This document shows, piece by piece, positions 1 to 13,400 of a stretch of 64,000 bases of DNA; within the stretch, counting starts at the first letter, position 1; each line of letters starts with the position of its first letter. Under the pieces are notes generated by a model. It was not told the DNA's origin. It searched no databases and saw only the letters and a program-made list of their open reading frames with translations. The stretch covers positions 11,463,052 through 11,527,051 of the forward strand of contig NC_083409.1 in assembly GCF_020745735.1 (NCBI RefSeq), in the 5' to 3' direction. This stretch comes from Hemiscyllium ocellatum. Taxonomy: Eukaryota. The position numbers and the translations under genes are program-made.

Positions 1-829
1 AACTCTCAGGGGAATGAGCTGTGGCACAAGGGAAAACCTGGGAGTGATGGAAAGGCAGAGGCAGCCTGACTAGGCTGCGGAGGGGCAGGACCAATTTTGA
101 TGAATTAGCTGATATCCTTCCAAGCTGAGATGCAGACTCAGGCTTTCAGGGCAGCACAGTTTTTATTTTTTGTTTCTTTTCTATAACCCCACACAGCTGC
201 CTAACAATGGTGGTGCATATTTTTTCCCCAGCATCCACATTGTATGTGTGCAAGTGTGAGACACAGTGAAAAATGACAAATGCAGAAGTCTTTATTCATT
301 TTCCACCTCCAGGAAGAAAGGAAATACCCGAGTGGCCAGTGACAAGCAGTGTCCTTCACATCAAAGGCCAATGCTACATGATCAAACAGTGAAGTGGGGG
401 GGAGGGCAGGGATGGAATCAAAATAGAGTCGGGGGGGAAATAAAACACTCCACACTCCACAGTGCCCACCTCTTGGCTGCACAGCTTACACTGTTACTGA
501 CCATAGCTCCATGACTGATGAGGCCTACCCCAGGAGAACATCCACAGAAAGCTGCCTCCTGTGTGTCTGATGTGTCTGTTTGTCTCTCGGACGTGACAGA
601 GCAGGCAGCAAGAGTTTCAGCAGCAACAAAGGTGTTACTCTAGTGCCCCTCCCACTTTCACCCACCCAACTTACAAACTCCTTCCGGGGAAAGGGCTCAG
701 CACCTGCCATTGCCTGCTTCAATGTGTCCTACACCCTACCTCAAGACAACAGACTCCACTGACCCTACCCCTATCATCTGCTCTCCATCTCTCTCCTGAA
801 GGCACTATCCCTGGCTGGGAAACATCTCG

Positions 830-1090
830 AATAGCTCATTTCTCCAAGTGTGGGCTGGGATGGGGAAGCAAGGCAGGCTCTTGGACCGTGAGGTGTCAGC
901 CTGGTCTCAGTGGGGAGCACTCTCCCCTCACACTCACAATGTTGCAGACTGGGTGGATGAGCCATTGGGAAATGCAGGGTTACAGGGATAGTACAGTGGT
1001 TTGGATCTGGGTGGAATGTTCTTCGGAGGATTGGTGTGAACACATTGGGGTGAATGGCCTGCTTCAACATTGTACAGATTCCATCATTAC
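830..1090 (+). mobile_element. Degenerate HE1-like SINE / CR1 3'-tail fragment
   Basis: Similar to the tails of the full SINE copies in this window (e.g. ...gggaaatgcagggttacagggatag...ggtgtgaacacattgggg tgaatggcctgct). Confidence 0.6.
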
Positions 1091-1124
1091 ATGATTCTAT
1101 CACTGAAGCAAATTATCCAGACTG

Positions 1125-1368
1125 AGAGTGCCCCACTGAGGGAGTGCAGCACTGTCAGAAGGACAGTACTGAGGGAGTGCCACGCCATTGGAGGGTCAGT
1201 ACTGATGGAGTGTTGCACTAATGATGGGTTAGTACTGAGGGAGTGCTGCACTATCAAAGGGTGAGTACTGTAGGAGTGCTGCACTGTCAGAAAGTCAGTA
1301 CTGAGACAGTGCCACACTGTCAGAGGGTTCGTACTGAGGGAATGCCACTCTGTCAGAAAGTCAGTCTC
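1125..1368. repeat. 33-bp tandem repeat (cagtactgagggagtgctgcactgtcagagggt-like), about 7 copies
   Basis: The GTACT anchor recurs at 1166, 1199, 1232, 1265, 1298 and 1331 (period 33). Confidence 0.9.
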
Positions 1369-1528
1369 TCCTCCATGTTGAACAGCAATTAGCGGAAGTT
1401 CTGAGGGTGATGAGGGCACAGAATGTACTCTGGGTGGGGGACTTGAATGTCCACAATCAAAAAATAATTTAAAAATACATCGGGTTTGTTAGGTGTATGA
1501 TACAAATATTAAAATTGATACTTCTGCC

Positions 1529-1617
1529 AGTCCAACGCTCACTTCTCCTGTGCCCTCACCCATGTGACCCTTCCCTCTCCCCTCAGCAAGAGCATCAGGA
1601 GATCAGAATGTGTGTAG
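1529..1617 (+). pseudogene. IGKC: 5'-truncated Ig kappa-type constant exon remnant (SNAHFSCALTHVTLPSPLSKSIRRSECV*)
   Basis: Near-identical to the last 28 codons of the intact C exon at 16691-17019(-), TAG at 1615-1617. The 3'UTR homology to 16150-16690 continues to about 2320. The first ~240 nt of the exon and its acceptor are absent. Confidence 0.9.
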
Positions 1618-2277
1618 AGTGTTGGAGACAGTCCACACAGGAGACACAACTTTAAATAGAACAGGGCTGAGCTGGCAGGACAAAGGTTATTGTCAACACT
1701 GAATTTCAACTCTCTTCCTTCTTGAGACTGGCCTCTGGGAGACTCTGAGGTTCAGGGGTTAAGGCAGGTTACTGTGACACTGTAGAGAGAGCTTCACTCT
1801 GTTCCCAACCAGTGCTGTCCCTGTCCTGGGAGTGTTTGACGAGGACAATGTGGAGACAGCATTATTCAGTTTCTTATCCTGTCCCTGTCCTGGGTGTCTT
1901 TGGTGGGAACAGTACGGAAAGAGCTTTACTCTGGATCTAACCGTATTCTGTCCCTGTCCAGGAGACTGTTTGTTGGGGACAATGTTGACTTGTAATAACA
2001 AGCATAACCTTTCAAAGATATTGAAAACTGTCCCCTGTGTAAAAACAATGTGAACCTCAGAAGTCTCTGCTTCAAGAAACCAGATCTCCTTCCTGCTCAG
2101 CCACCAGCTCCAATATAAGGTTTTGTCACTGTTTAAAGGGACAGGATTCTCAGGTTATTGAGAAAATCTCCACAAGTGTTTTCCTCAAGCTCCATTGTGG
2201 CTGTGAATTTGAGCAGCTTCCTCTGTCTGGGCTGTTAATTGCTGACTGTTTTCTGTCAATGTCAATCTGGAAAAGGG

Positions 2278-2283
2278 AATAAA
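2278..2283 (+). terminator. Polyadenylation signal AATAAA of the truncated C copy
   Basis: Same position in the 3'UTR homology as AATAAA at 16188-16193(-). Confidence 0.6.
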
Positions 2284-5200
2284 GATGAAGAAGATTCAGT
2301 CTCTGTCTCTGTGTGCTTTGGAAATGGCCTGAGCTGAAACCTCAGGGAAAGGGTGTGTGAAGTGTTAACCTCCACCCTCAAGGCACGGGACACGAGGGGG
2401 AGAAGAGGGAGGGCAATGGGGTCCCGGGAGCAGGAGGGCAATACTAAATTAGGGACAGAAGGGGCACTTTCAGTAGGAACTCAGGGCCCTGAGAAAATCA
2501 TCCCCAATAAATGGGGAAAAGAAGGAAGGTGTGTTGGAGTTCAGAAAGATTGAAGAATGATGCCGAGAGTAAGCTGAACTCAGAGTGTAGATGGGAAAGA
2601 TCCAAACCCAGAGTGGGGAGGGTACCTTTCACTCCATAATTCCCCATCCACCATGAGGGTGCTCTAAGGGGCAGTACCCATCCTGAATACATGTGCCTAA
2701 TGGTGTGGGATGAATGGACAAGAGCCTGTGTCTATATTTGTGTGGATGGGAAGCAGGGAACATATTGAGACTTTTATATGTATATAGTGTAAGGATGGGC
2801 TCCCTGGGCACTCAATGGCAGTGTATCTGAACATAACAGAGTGAGCTCACTCAGGGAGTGTTCAGAACAGATTGGATCATTGCAGACAGACTGGCAATAT
2901 GTCTTTACACAGTTGATCATTTCGAATGTGCCCTGGTCCGTATTGGGTCAGGGAGGGCTGAGGACCAGGGCAAGTTCAGCTTCATGTTTAAAGACCAACA
3001 ATATTGATGGAGCTGTCTGTGCCAAGGGCTCCCCAATAGTCCCTCCATCTTCCAGCAGAGCATGGCACAGAGCTGTGAGAGTTCAGGTCAGCTCCCCCAA
3101 ACAGTTTGGACAGTGTGTGCTTGACTTGCTGCTGTTTGTGGGAACTGAGGAGGGGGATGTGTCCCTTTGGGATGACAGAACTCCCAGGAGTTGCTCAGAG
3201 GGATCCCGATGTTGATCCCTTTCCTGGTGAAAAGCTGCTGCATTGCTCAGGCTCCTTGATGCCACACACCATCAAAGAGACCTTGATGTCAAGTGCTGTC
3301 ACTCTGCCCTCACCTCACTCGCATGGTCAGGGAGAGCTCAGTCCACTGACTCACATTTATTGGAAAGAATTCCACTTGTTACTGATCAGCCCATCTGACC
3401 CTCCCAGCCCGTCTATATCCTCATGTCGTCTTGTACTGCTCCGGGACACCCCCATTCGGGAAGGTCAATAAATGGAAAGCACGAAAACTTTAATTCAGAT
3501 ACTGAAGGCAATTACTGGTATCACCAAGGAATGGATGTATTTTGTTTGTAAGCGGGATATGTATTTCTTTACTAAAGTAAAGTGATTCAGTGTAAATACA
3601 TCTGTTGTGAACGTATGAAACTGCAACAATTCCCACTTAGGGTGTTTGGATTGGAGACTGAGTTGAAGAAAATGGTGACACATCAGGGAGGTGTGATGGA
3701 TGGGAATGTGGTGCTGGAAGCAAATTCACATCAGCCATGGTCCTATTTATTGGTGGATAAGTCCTGAAGGATTGAGTGGCCTAATCCAGCCTCTAATTTT
3801 GTAATTTCAAAAGAATTAATTAGTTTTTTTCTCTATACCCACTCATGCATATTGTCTGTGTGAAATCTTTCTTCAACTCTTCATCCTTCCTCCTTTGTGT
3901 CTTAACCCTGAGTTCTCAATGTTGCTGGGAAATTTGAGAAGCAGATTTACTCACTTGCTCATTCACTCCCTCCTCAGCCTCACTTTATCTCCTGAAACTC
4001 CACACAACAGCAATCTGCTGGGTCAGGAGCAAGGCTCTCAGCTCAATGAATAAAGGAACCTTTTCTAGCACCAAGCTGGTGACAGTCAGCTGGAGAATAA
4101 TGTTCCATTGCACATGCCTTCTTCAAAAACCAAGGTGTTCAGCTATTCTGTACATCCACGTTCACTCCTGAAGGGATCAGGCAGAGAGGAAGAGTCAGTG
4201 CAGCCATTGTGCAGCATCCAGTGTCGAGTTGTCCCATTTCCAATCCCACTGCAATGTCATTGCCTGCCCCAACACCAAGCAGATGCTCCCATTACAAGAG
4301 GCTCCATGGCCCTGAGGACTGTGAGAGTGAGCCCTGTCCATTCAGCTCAATCATCAAGCTCCAGCCTTCCTGATGTGATGGCAGCCAGGAGAACCGTGCC
4401 CATGGGAGATTCCACACACACTCCGTCCCTCCCTGCAGAGAAAGATGATTCCATGGCCCTGCTTTCTCTTCAAACTGATCTGAATTTGAATATTGCTGAA
4501 AAAAGGCACATTTTGTCAAAGATTCTGTCTTGCACACATCAGGACAATTTGCAAGAAATAGCACAGCAAAGGCAAATACCATGTAGACTGAAGATCCCAG
4601 CGGGTCATGCGGCATCCATGGAGAGAAAGCAAGGCAAAATGAAACGCTTTCGCAAGAAGGGTTTTGTCTCACTCAAATTCTGTATTCTGAACTGACTGAT
4701 CCTGATTTCCTCTTTTGCTTCAGACCTGTTGAAATCCTAAAAAGTAATTCTGTACTTTTTTGAACAGAGCACTCAGTTTATAATCATTAAATTCAAATAA
4801 CTGCATCAAAATATTTTTCCTGATCTCCTTTCTGTACCTGGTATATGACTGGAGAATGTGTCATTTTGCCTTTTAGTTTGTCAGCGCTGATGGTAAATCT
4901 ACATTTACTGTGTTTCTTTGTTTATGATTTTTTGAACATCAGAATACTCTCCCTCCACTGTCGAGATCCTGTTCTAGCCTTCATACAATTATAGAATCGA
5001 GGAATTCTTTCCGTGTGGAAGGAGGCCAATCAAGTACACATCGACACTTTGAAGACCATTCCACCCAGACCCACACATCCCCTACCCTATCCCTGTAACC
5101 CTGCATTTTCCATTTGCTAGCCTGCACATCTCTTGGGCATAATGAGTAATTTAGCACAGCCAACCACCTAACCTGCACATCTTCTCTCAGTTTTGCAAAC

Positions 5201-7787
5201 GAAATATCAGGTTTGATGCTTACACTTTGACCCAGATTTAATACAGTTGGAAACATGACTCCAGGCACATTTAATCACTCAAGTAGCCGATTTCAATATC
5301 CCCAATGGCAGCTAAAATTTCTCCCAATGAATATCAGGACAGAAGTAGTGAACTGGAATTCTCAGCCACCATCAGACGATATCAACTAGACTGAGGAACC
5401 AATTGACCCCTAAATTCCTGAATCTATCCTGATTATATGGCAGCTCAAGGATTAAATCAGCTTGGCTTTCCCACAATGTGTCCAATCAAGGGACCGAGCT
5501 TCAGATGATGTCCTCATGTTAAACTGCCACCTCTCCCGTGACCCACACCTGCCTTTAGTTGCATTTAGTCTGGGCTTCCATAATAAGCCAAGGTCTCCAG
5601 TGATAGCCTTGTCTCCAACAAGCATTGCTCTGCTCGCTCCCAACTGCGGACCTCCCCAGGAGCCAAAAGGAACTTCCCAGCAGTTCTGTCACTGATGGAT
5701 GAGATAGTTGTTGACCCACCTTAGAGTGAACTGAAGCCAAACCTTTCTGACTCAATGGAAGGAGTTCTATAAACTTAGCCAAGGCTGAAACTTCTTTTAA
5801 AAACATCATAAAATCTGTCAATAATTAGCACTGCCTTTGAGTGAGGTCAGAGTTTTGAGGTTTAAATGTCTTCTTTTGGAATGCAATGAGGCGTTACCAT
5901 GGAGAATGTTGCTGCTGGACAAGAACAGCCAACTCTGCCCAAAAAGTCACCGCAATAATTAATCCATCACCATCCAGTCGAATGCTTTCTAGCATTACTT
6001 TCCCTTTATTATTCCTCTTTTTCAGGTTATTAACATCTTTTAAAATAGTACACACATGGGAACACTGCCAGCTGTAGGTTTTTCCCCAAACCTGACTTAG
6101 AAATATATCCCTGTTCCTTCACTGTCACTGGGTTAAAATCAGGGGATTCTCTCCCTCAGGGCATTCTGGGTCTACCTACAGCACATGGCTGCAGCGGGTT
6201 CAGGAAGGCAGCAGTTCACCACGCTGCAATGTTGTTTATGATATAAACGACCCTTCAAGTTTTATCGTTCTCAGAGGCGTTACAACCGAGAAAACCCCTT
6301 CCATCTCTCAGCAGAGATTTCAATTATTCCCATTTCCCTGCTTCTCTTAATGAGTGACTGTGTTTCTGGTGTATTCAACAAGATCTGACACTTGCCTGCC
6401 TAATGCTCTTACACCCACTGATACCTGTTGAGTTCCCTTGGATAAATTACTGTTCTCTGCAGTTTGATAGCCGTTTGTTCGGTCTTTGAGTGTAATTCAT
6501 TTTGTGCCTGATCCCAGTGTCAATCTGAAGGACACTCCACCTTTCAGTCTGACAAACCAGGGTCACCCGTGTCATGGCTCTACTTTTAGCCTAGCCTACA
6601 GTCTCTCAAAGAGATGAATTCAAGCCTCACCAGTTTGATCATTTGAAGTGTACCTAATTTATTTTGATTTCTCCTGGGATGGGCGGGCACAAAAATGGCT
6701 GCTATTTGTTGCCCTTCCTTAATTGTCCGAGAGGACGGTGGTGAGCCATGTAATATCTGGGAAGGAAGGTGCTGGGATCTGAACAAAAACAAAACAATGA
6801 AACTCAATGTCATGTTCATGAATGTGGTTTGGACAAGGGAACCCAGTCATCACCCGGTCTGTGACTCCAGTCCCACACAGTGACGTGATTCATTCTTAAC
6901 GGCCCCATGATCTGGCTCAGAACTCAGTCCGAGCAACTAGAGATGGGCAATACATTTTAGGTTTGATTTAAAATAGGTTGTAAGATTTTTTTTTTAAAAG
7001 TACTTAAAATAGTTAAATAAATGTTAACCTGAGTGCACAAGGCATAATTTCAAAATTTGCTGATGGTATGAAACTTGGATGTATTACAGCTGCTGAAGAA
7101 ATTAGCTTCGAACTTCGAAAAACATGTAGGTAAGTTAATGGAATGAGCAGATGGCTGTAGAAACAATTTGCAAGGAAAACTTGGAGAGACAAACAAACTA
7201 AAGAGTACAAATATGGGTGGGTGTAGGGGCAGTAGGACCTGGATGTTTATGTGCATCAGTTACTGAAGGTGGCAGGATAGGCAGCTATTCTCATAACAGA
7301 ACAGCTGATTAAAAGCAGATGCCATATCAACATGAACATAGAATACAGTGTGGATGTGAAAAGAATGCTTCCTTTACAGGGAGAATATAAAACTAAAATA
7401 AGTTCCCTCATTTAAGACCAAGATAAGCAGGTTTTTCTTCTTCTTGCATAAGGTCATAGATCTTTGGAACTCTCCTTCAAACATAGAAATGAAACCTCTG
7501 AATGCTTGTAGTGAAGAAGTAGATAGCCATTGCTTTCAAGAATCTATCAGAGTAAGGCAAGAATGTGGAATAATCAGGTCAGCCATGGGGAGCAGGCTCA
7601 AGAGGATGAATCTCCTTCATCTGCCCCTAACTCATTTGATCGTGTGCCCAGTTCCACCGTTGAAAGAACAGCGCCTTGAAAGCTTGTGATTTTCAATAAA
7701 GCAGCTGAAGTAGCTGCTGGTTTGTGTGGGCGCGAATGGAAGGGGACTTTACCCATAATCCTCAGCAGCCGTGCAAGCTCTCTCTCG

Positions 7788-7801
7788 CCACTAGAGGGCA
7801 G
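7788..7801 (+). promoter_or_regulatory. CTCF consensus motif CCACTAGAGGGCAG
   Basis: tcgCCACTAGAGGGCAGc matches the vertebrate CTCF core. Motif match only. Confidence 0.5.
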
Positions 7802-10689
7802 CTGCTTCACTGTCCCTGATCAGGAAAAATAAACTGGGGCCTGCGTGGAGCGAACAGGCTCAATCTGCAGAGACCCATAGAGAGAGTGTACAGCTTCAGA
7901 AGCACCACAATGAAAATGTCCCATGTGATAAGAAAAGTAATTTGATGTGACTTTTGTTTGTCTTCACAGTGTGCTGTTTTGTTCATTCTGTGAAACACGT
8001 AGATGATGTCAGTACTGAGTGACACAAAGTATATTTCCTCCTCTAACCCCTTTCCAACACACCCTCTCCATCTTGCTTTACTCCTTATTGACTCTTCTAC
8101 AATTATCCCTGTTCCCTCACTCCGTCCCTGTCCCAGAGGGATTGATGGCCGGAGTTCATGACCCCGCACTGTGTGAAGGTTGGTGTGAAGTGAGGCCAGT
8201 GTGTTGGAGCTTGGGCTCCTGCCTCAGGCCCAGGTGTAGGGGCCTGTTCAACAATCTGCACATTGTCCTTTTTCTCTTTCTGATCGTACTTGAATTTTCA
8301 AGTTGCAGTAACTTGCTGGCAACAAGGTGTCTGGTCTAAAATATTCCTAGCATTGGACAGATCTCTGCTGTTTTTTTTTCCTCTCAGGAACCTGCTCTGT
8401 ATTCAGTGCCTGTTATCACTAGTTTGCTGGAGTTCATATGTCAGCTGCTGCTTCCTTGCATAGAACTGAAAAAAAGTCATCAATGCCTCTTGAGATTTAA
8501 ATACTCCGTCTTCATGAAAGTGGTTGGCAGACTTTTTTAACATCATTTAACACTCCAAAGATGTGAATGCATCAGTTTTGCATCTGGCTGGGAGCATTTA
8601 ATATCATGGTCTTAGTTTTTAATGGATCCCGACTCGTGGTAATACAGTTTGCAATGTTTCTCTCCCCTTTCATGTATTAAGAAGCTTGCAAACGTGTAAT
8701 GATGACGACATTGCAACTTCAACACTGTGTGACGGAATGGGTAGCTGTTTGAATTCTCATCTCATTATCATCCAACTTTCAAAGAAAATTTTGTAGCCTC
8801 TGAAATTAGATTATAGTCAGGTTTTATGCATATTGTGTTTGTATTTTACTTTTGGAATGACAATTTGTTGTAACAATATTCTGTTCGGTTTTGTAGCTCA
8901 GCAGTTGTATTTGTTCCCGAGATACTGAGAGTTTACACAACACTCCATTTTCCTAGACCCAATTGTTGGCTGAAGCCTCTGGTTGTTCGGTGAGTCCAAG
9001 CCATTGCCTTGCTCTCTGCAGTTATACCATCAACTTGGTTTCTCAGTGTGAGCCAGGAGACCACTGCGTGGTGACTTCCTGTTCCACTGTCGGTGTAAAG
9101 GCAAGTGGGAACTGTCGAGGTTAATCCCATCGTGAACTTCAGAACATTGTATTCAGCTGGAGCTACCTCCACTGACTCATTTCTTTGGCCACCATTGCAG
9201 TAAAAGCAAATCTCTCCCTTTGCCAGCACAAAGAGAAAGTGCCTGTCAGATTCCCTCGTGTGTGATGGTTTAGCCCTATAGGAGCAACCCTGGTAAATCT
9301 TGCTGTATCAGCCTGGACAGAATCCTGGGCAAACTCCAAATGAAACCATGACCTTTAGTAGATCTGCTGCTACACAAGATATTGAATTGGAATCCTTGTT
9401 CCCGAATCACCTCGTCAAACCTAAATACAATTGAGAAAATAAAAACCAAACCCATTTCCCAAGGGCATATGTCACAACAAGAAAGTGGAGAGCAGACAGT
9501 TACTGTTCGCCTGTCTCTGCGGAGCGTCGCTTTTCCTGTCTCCGCTCTCCTTGCAGGATATCATTTTTACCATCCTTTCTGTCTGAGAATACTACTGTTC
9601 CTGTCCCCACTCTCTTGGGGACAGGGTGGGGATGTCACAACCAACCAGTTTGTTAGTTCCATTTACTCTCATGAAATGTGTAATCCCTGCTTCATTATGT
9701 GTGTGAGCCATGTGTGAAAACCCAGCACAGCCAACCCTTCACTTCAATCAGATCACGGTCCGAGGTTGGTCTGTACTATCTGGACCCAGACAAAAACACT
9801 GACTGACTGGATCACGATCAAGATAACCCAGATCAAGTCCCAGTGAGACTGCTGTTGACTTTCACCCTCAAATCCCACTGATGAGGTGGTAATTAATCCC
9901 AGTGTTGTCATAGATAAAGTTCTCCCAGAGGTTCATGATTCATTCTAGATTTCACACAAGTGTGTGATGTTGTCAGGCGACAGCTGGGAGACATGGAGAT
10001 AAAATATAAAAGGAGACAGAATTATATTTATGCTATACGTTTCTTGAACTTAGGATGTTTGGAAATGTTTCACAGTCAATGGAATACTTCCAAAAACCAG
10101 ACATTGTTGTGATGTGGGAACTGTGACAGCCCGGGCAAGGCAGATCTTTTCACAGCACCACCCAGAGACTGGAGGCTGCTACTGCAGGCATGCTCCAACC
10201 AGCTCTGCTGTGAGGGAAGGACACTGGAGCACACAAGGACATGGGAAATAGGAGCAGGAGGAAGCCTCCAATAGCTGTCCATCCTTTCTTAAATACAGGG
10301 ACCAAAATTGCAAACAATACTCCAAATGCAGGCTCACTAACACCCTTGATAGGTTTAATAGGATTTCTCTGTTTTTAAATTTCAACCCCCAGCAATAAAG
10401 GTGAAAATTCCATTCGCCTTCTCAATTCCTTGCTGTACCTGCACTAACTGTCTGTGTTTCATGCACAATACTACCCAGATCACTCTGTACTGCACTTTGT
10501 TGGAATCTCTCACTATTTAAATAATAGTCTGCCTTTAGGTTATTCTGACCCAAGTGTATGGTCTCACACTTTCCGACATTAAATTCCGTCCACTGTGTAT
10601 TAGTGGTTCATTTCCAGTTTGGTCTTCTCTTTGTGATTGACTGTCTCAATGCATCTGTCTGTAGTGAGTCCCATTCCCATTTGTTGATG

Positions 10690-13400
10690 GCCCTGATACT
10701 TGATTATCTAAACCTTTTCTGGTTCCATTCAGTGACAGGCAGGAGGTTGGAAGAACACAGCAAGGCAGGCAGCATCAGGTGATGTTTTGGGTGTAACCCT
10801 TCTTCAGGAATGAGGTTAGGTGTAGAGGAAGCAGATAAAGGGGGTAGTGGGGACAGGATGATGAAGTGGGGATAGGTGATGACAGGTAGATGGTACAACT
10901 TGGTTGGTCAATGGGAGCTGAAAATGTGTTGCTGAAAAAGCGCAGCAGGTCAGGCAGCATCCAGGGAACGGGAGATTCGACGTTTCGGGCATAAGACCTT
11001 CTTCAGGAATGGAGCCTTTCCTGAAGAAGGGCTTATGTCCGAAACGTCAAATCTCCTGTTCCCTGAATGCTGCCTGACCTGCTGCGCTTTTTCAGCAACA
11101 CATTTTCAGCTCTGATCTCCAGCATCTGCAGATCTCACTTTCTCCTGGTCAATGGGAGGAATGAATCTGGTAGGTGGCAGGCAGGAGTGGAAGGGAGGGA
11201 GAGGGGCTGGGAAAGGAGTCAGGGGAAGAGAAGAGTGGTTATTTGAAATTGGAGAACTTAATGTTGAGTCATCTGGGCTGTAGGCTGCCCAGATGGAAGA
11301 TGAGGTATTGTTCCTCCAATTTGTGGTTTGTTCATTGTGGCAATGGAGGAGGCTGATGATGGTCATGTCGGAAAGGGAATGGGAAGGGGAATTGAAATGG
11401 GCGGGGACTGAGAGGTCTGGTCGGCCCCTGCTAGCCTGGCTGAGATGCTCGGTGAAACATCCCCTAAGATTATATTTTGTCTTCCCAATATAGAGAAGAC
11501 CATACCGTGGGCACCTGATGCAGTGAAATAGTTTGGAGGAAAGGCAATGTCTCACCTGGAAGGACTGTTTGGGGCCCTGGATGGAGGGGAGGGATTGGTG
11601 TAACAGCAGACTTTGCATCTTTTTGCGTTGCAGGGGAAGGTTCCTGGGGGTTCAGGAGGGTAGGTGGGCAAGTGGCACAAACCACGAAATTGTCAAAGGG
11701 AACAGTCCTTGTGGAAGGCAGCCAGGGGTGGGGAGAGGAAGATGTTCTTGGTGGTCAGTCTAGTTGGAGTTGGTGGAAGCGTTTAAGGATGATGCGTTAA
11801 TTGGTACAGGGGTTGGTAATAGTTGAGGACAATGGGGACTCTGAGTTTATTGTGTTTGGAGGGGGGTGGGTTCAGAGCAATGGAACGGGAAATGGAGGTA
11901 GTGCAGTGGATGACAGAAGGATGACAGAAGGAGGAAAAGCATGTTGTTCATAAGAGGTGGACATCTGTGATCAGCGAAATGTCTCCTCATCCGAGCAGTT
12001 GGAGTGGAGGCAGAGGAATTGGGAGAATGGGATGGAGTTCTTGCAGTATACTGGTTGGGAGAAGGTGTAGCCCAGGTAGGATTGGGAGTCAGTGGGTGTG
12101 TATTAACTGCCTGTTTGAATATTATCGCCAGAATTGGAAATGGAGAGGTGTAGAAAAGGCAGGGAGGTGTCTGAGATGGATGAAGTGAAGTAGAGCTCAG
12201 GGTGGAAGTTGTGGGGAAAGTCAATGAACTGCTCCAGTTCAGCCTGGATGCAGGATGCTGCACCGATATAGTCACTGATGTAATGGCACAGTGCCTGTAT
12301 AGTCACTGAAGAGGGACTGGTCGACATTGCTCAACCGGGTGCCCATGGCCACCCCCTGGACCAGTTTGACAAGGCGGAGGAGGGTATTGGTGGACCGGGA
12401 TTGGATGGGTCTGTGGCAGTGGGAAAGGTGTTGGGCCTGGAGGCCATCCTTGTGGGGTATGGACATATGTAAGGACTGCACATCCATCATGGAGATAAAG
12501 CACTTAGGGCTGAGGAACTGGAGGTTACTGAAGAGATGGAAGGCATGGTTGGTGTAGCCGATGTAGGTGGGCAGTGCCTGAAACAAGGAGGAGAGTTGAG
12601 GTAGGATGAGAAGAGTTCGGTGGGGCAGGGGCATGCTGAGACGATGGATCAACCAGGTAGTTGGGCTTGTGGATTTTGGGGAGCAGGGAGAACTGGGCAA
12701 TGCAGGGCTGGGGGACTATGAGAGACAGTGGAGGGGAGATCACTGGAGGCAATGAGGTCACTGACAGTGTGAGTGATTTTGGCCTGATGGGTCACAGCGG
12801 GGTTATGGGCAAGGGGGAGGTAGAACGTGGTGTCTAAGAGTTGGGGTTCGGCCTCTGTGACTTTTAGGTCTGTTCTCCAGACTAACACCACGCCACATTT
12901 GTCAGCGGGTTTGTTGGTGAAACAGGGGTTGGCACAGTGAGAGTGGAGTGCTCGATCAGAGGGGGTGTGGTTGGAATGGGTGGGGGGAGAAATCCAGGCG
13001 GGTGATGGCACATCAACAGTCAGCAATGAAGAGGTCTCGAGTGTGTACACGGCTGGTGGTGGGGGGTGTGGGGGGGAGGGTGACCAAATGTAGGAGTAAG
13101 GTTGGAGATGGGAGGAGGGTTCCTCAGAGGGAGTTTGGGAGTTTTTGTTAAAGAAGAAGATACGAAGGTAGAGGCGGCGGAAGAAGAGCTCCACGTGGTG
13201 GTGGGTGTGGATTTCATTGAGGTGGGGTCGGGCGGGAATGACTGTGAGCCCTTTCCTGAGGATGGATCTTTTGGCCTCAGACAGTTTGAGGTCAGGGCGG
13301 TATAGTAAATATGGGGCAAAGCTCAGGGTTGAGGTTTTCGGGGGGGGGGCCCAAGTTGGCTGAAGGAGGGGAGGGGGGAAGGGTGATGGCATGTGGTGGG
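10690..13400 (-). mobile_element. Degenerate Penelope-like retroelement (RT + GIY-YIG) with tandem and inverted terminal repeats
   Basis: ORF 11106-11618 contains HCIRCPRYGLLYIGKTK...EHL...PAHFNSPSHSLSDM (GIY-YIG). 12649-13392 contains LSEAKRSILRKGL...VELFFRRLYLR, typical of the PLE N-terminus. QGVAMGT is the RT motif. Three terminal-repeat copies lie at 10690-11146. Confidence 0.85.

Noticed and set aside
4108-4695. 195-aa ORF on +
   Set aside because: No recognisable domain, splice context or paralogue; it cannot be supported as a gene without a search.
8933-9229. 98-aa ORF on - with protein-like composition, and a possible + strand acceptor at 9021
   Set aside because: No family recognised in any frame, and no partner exons found.
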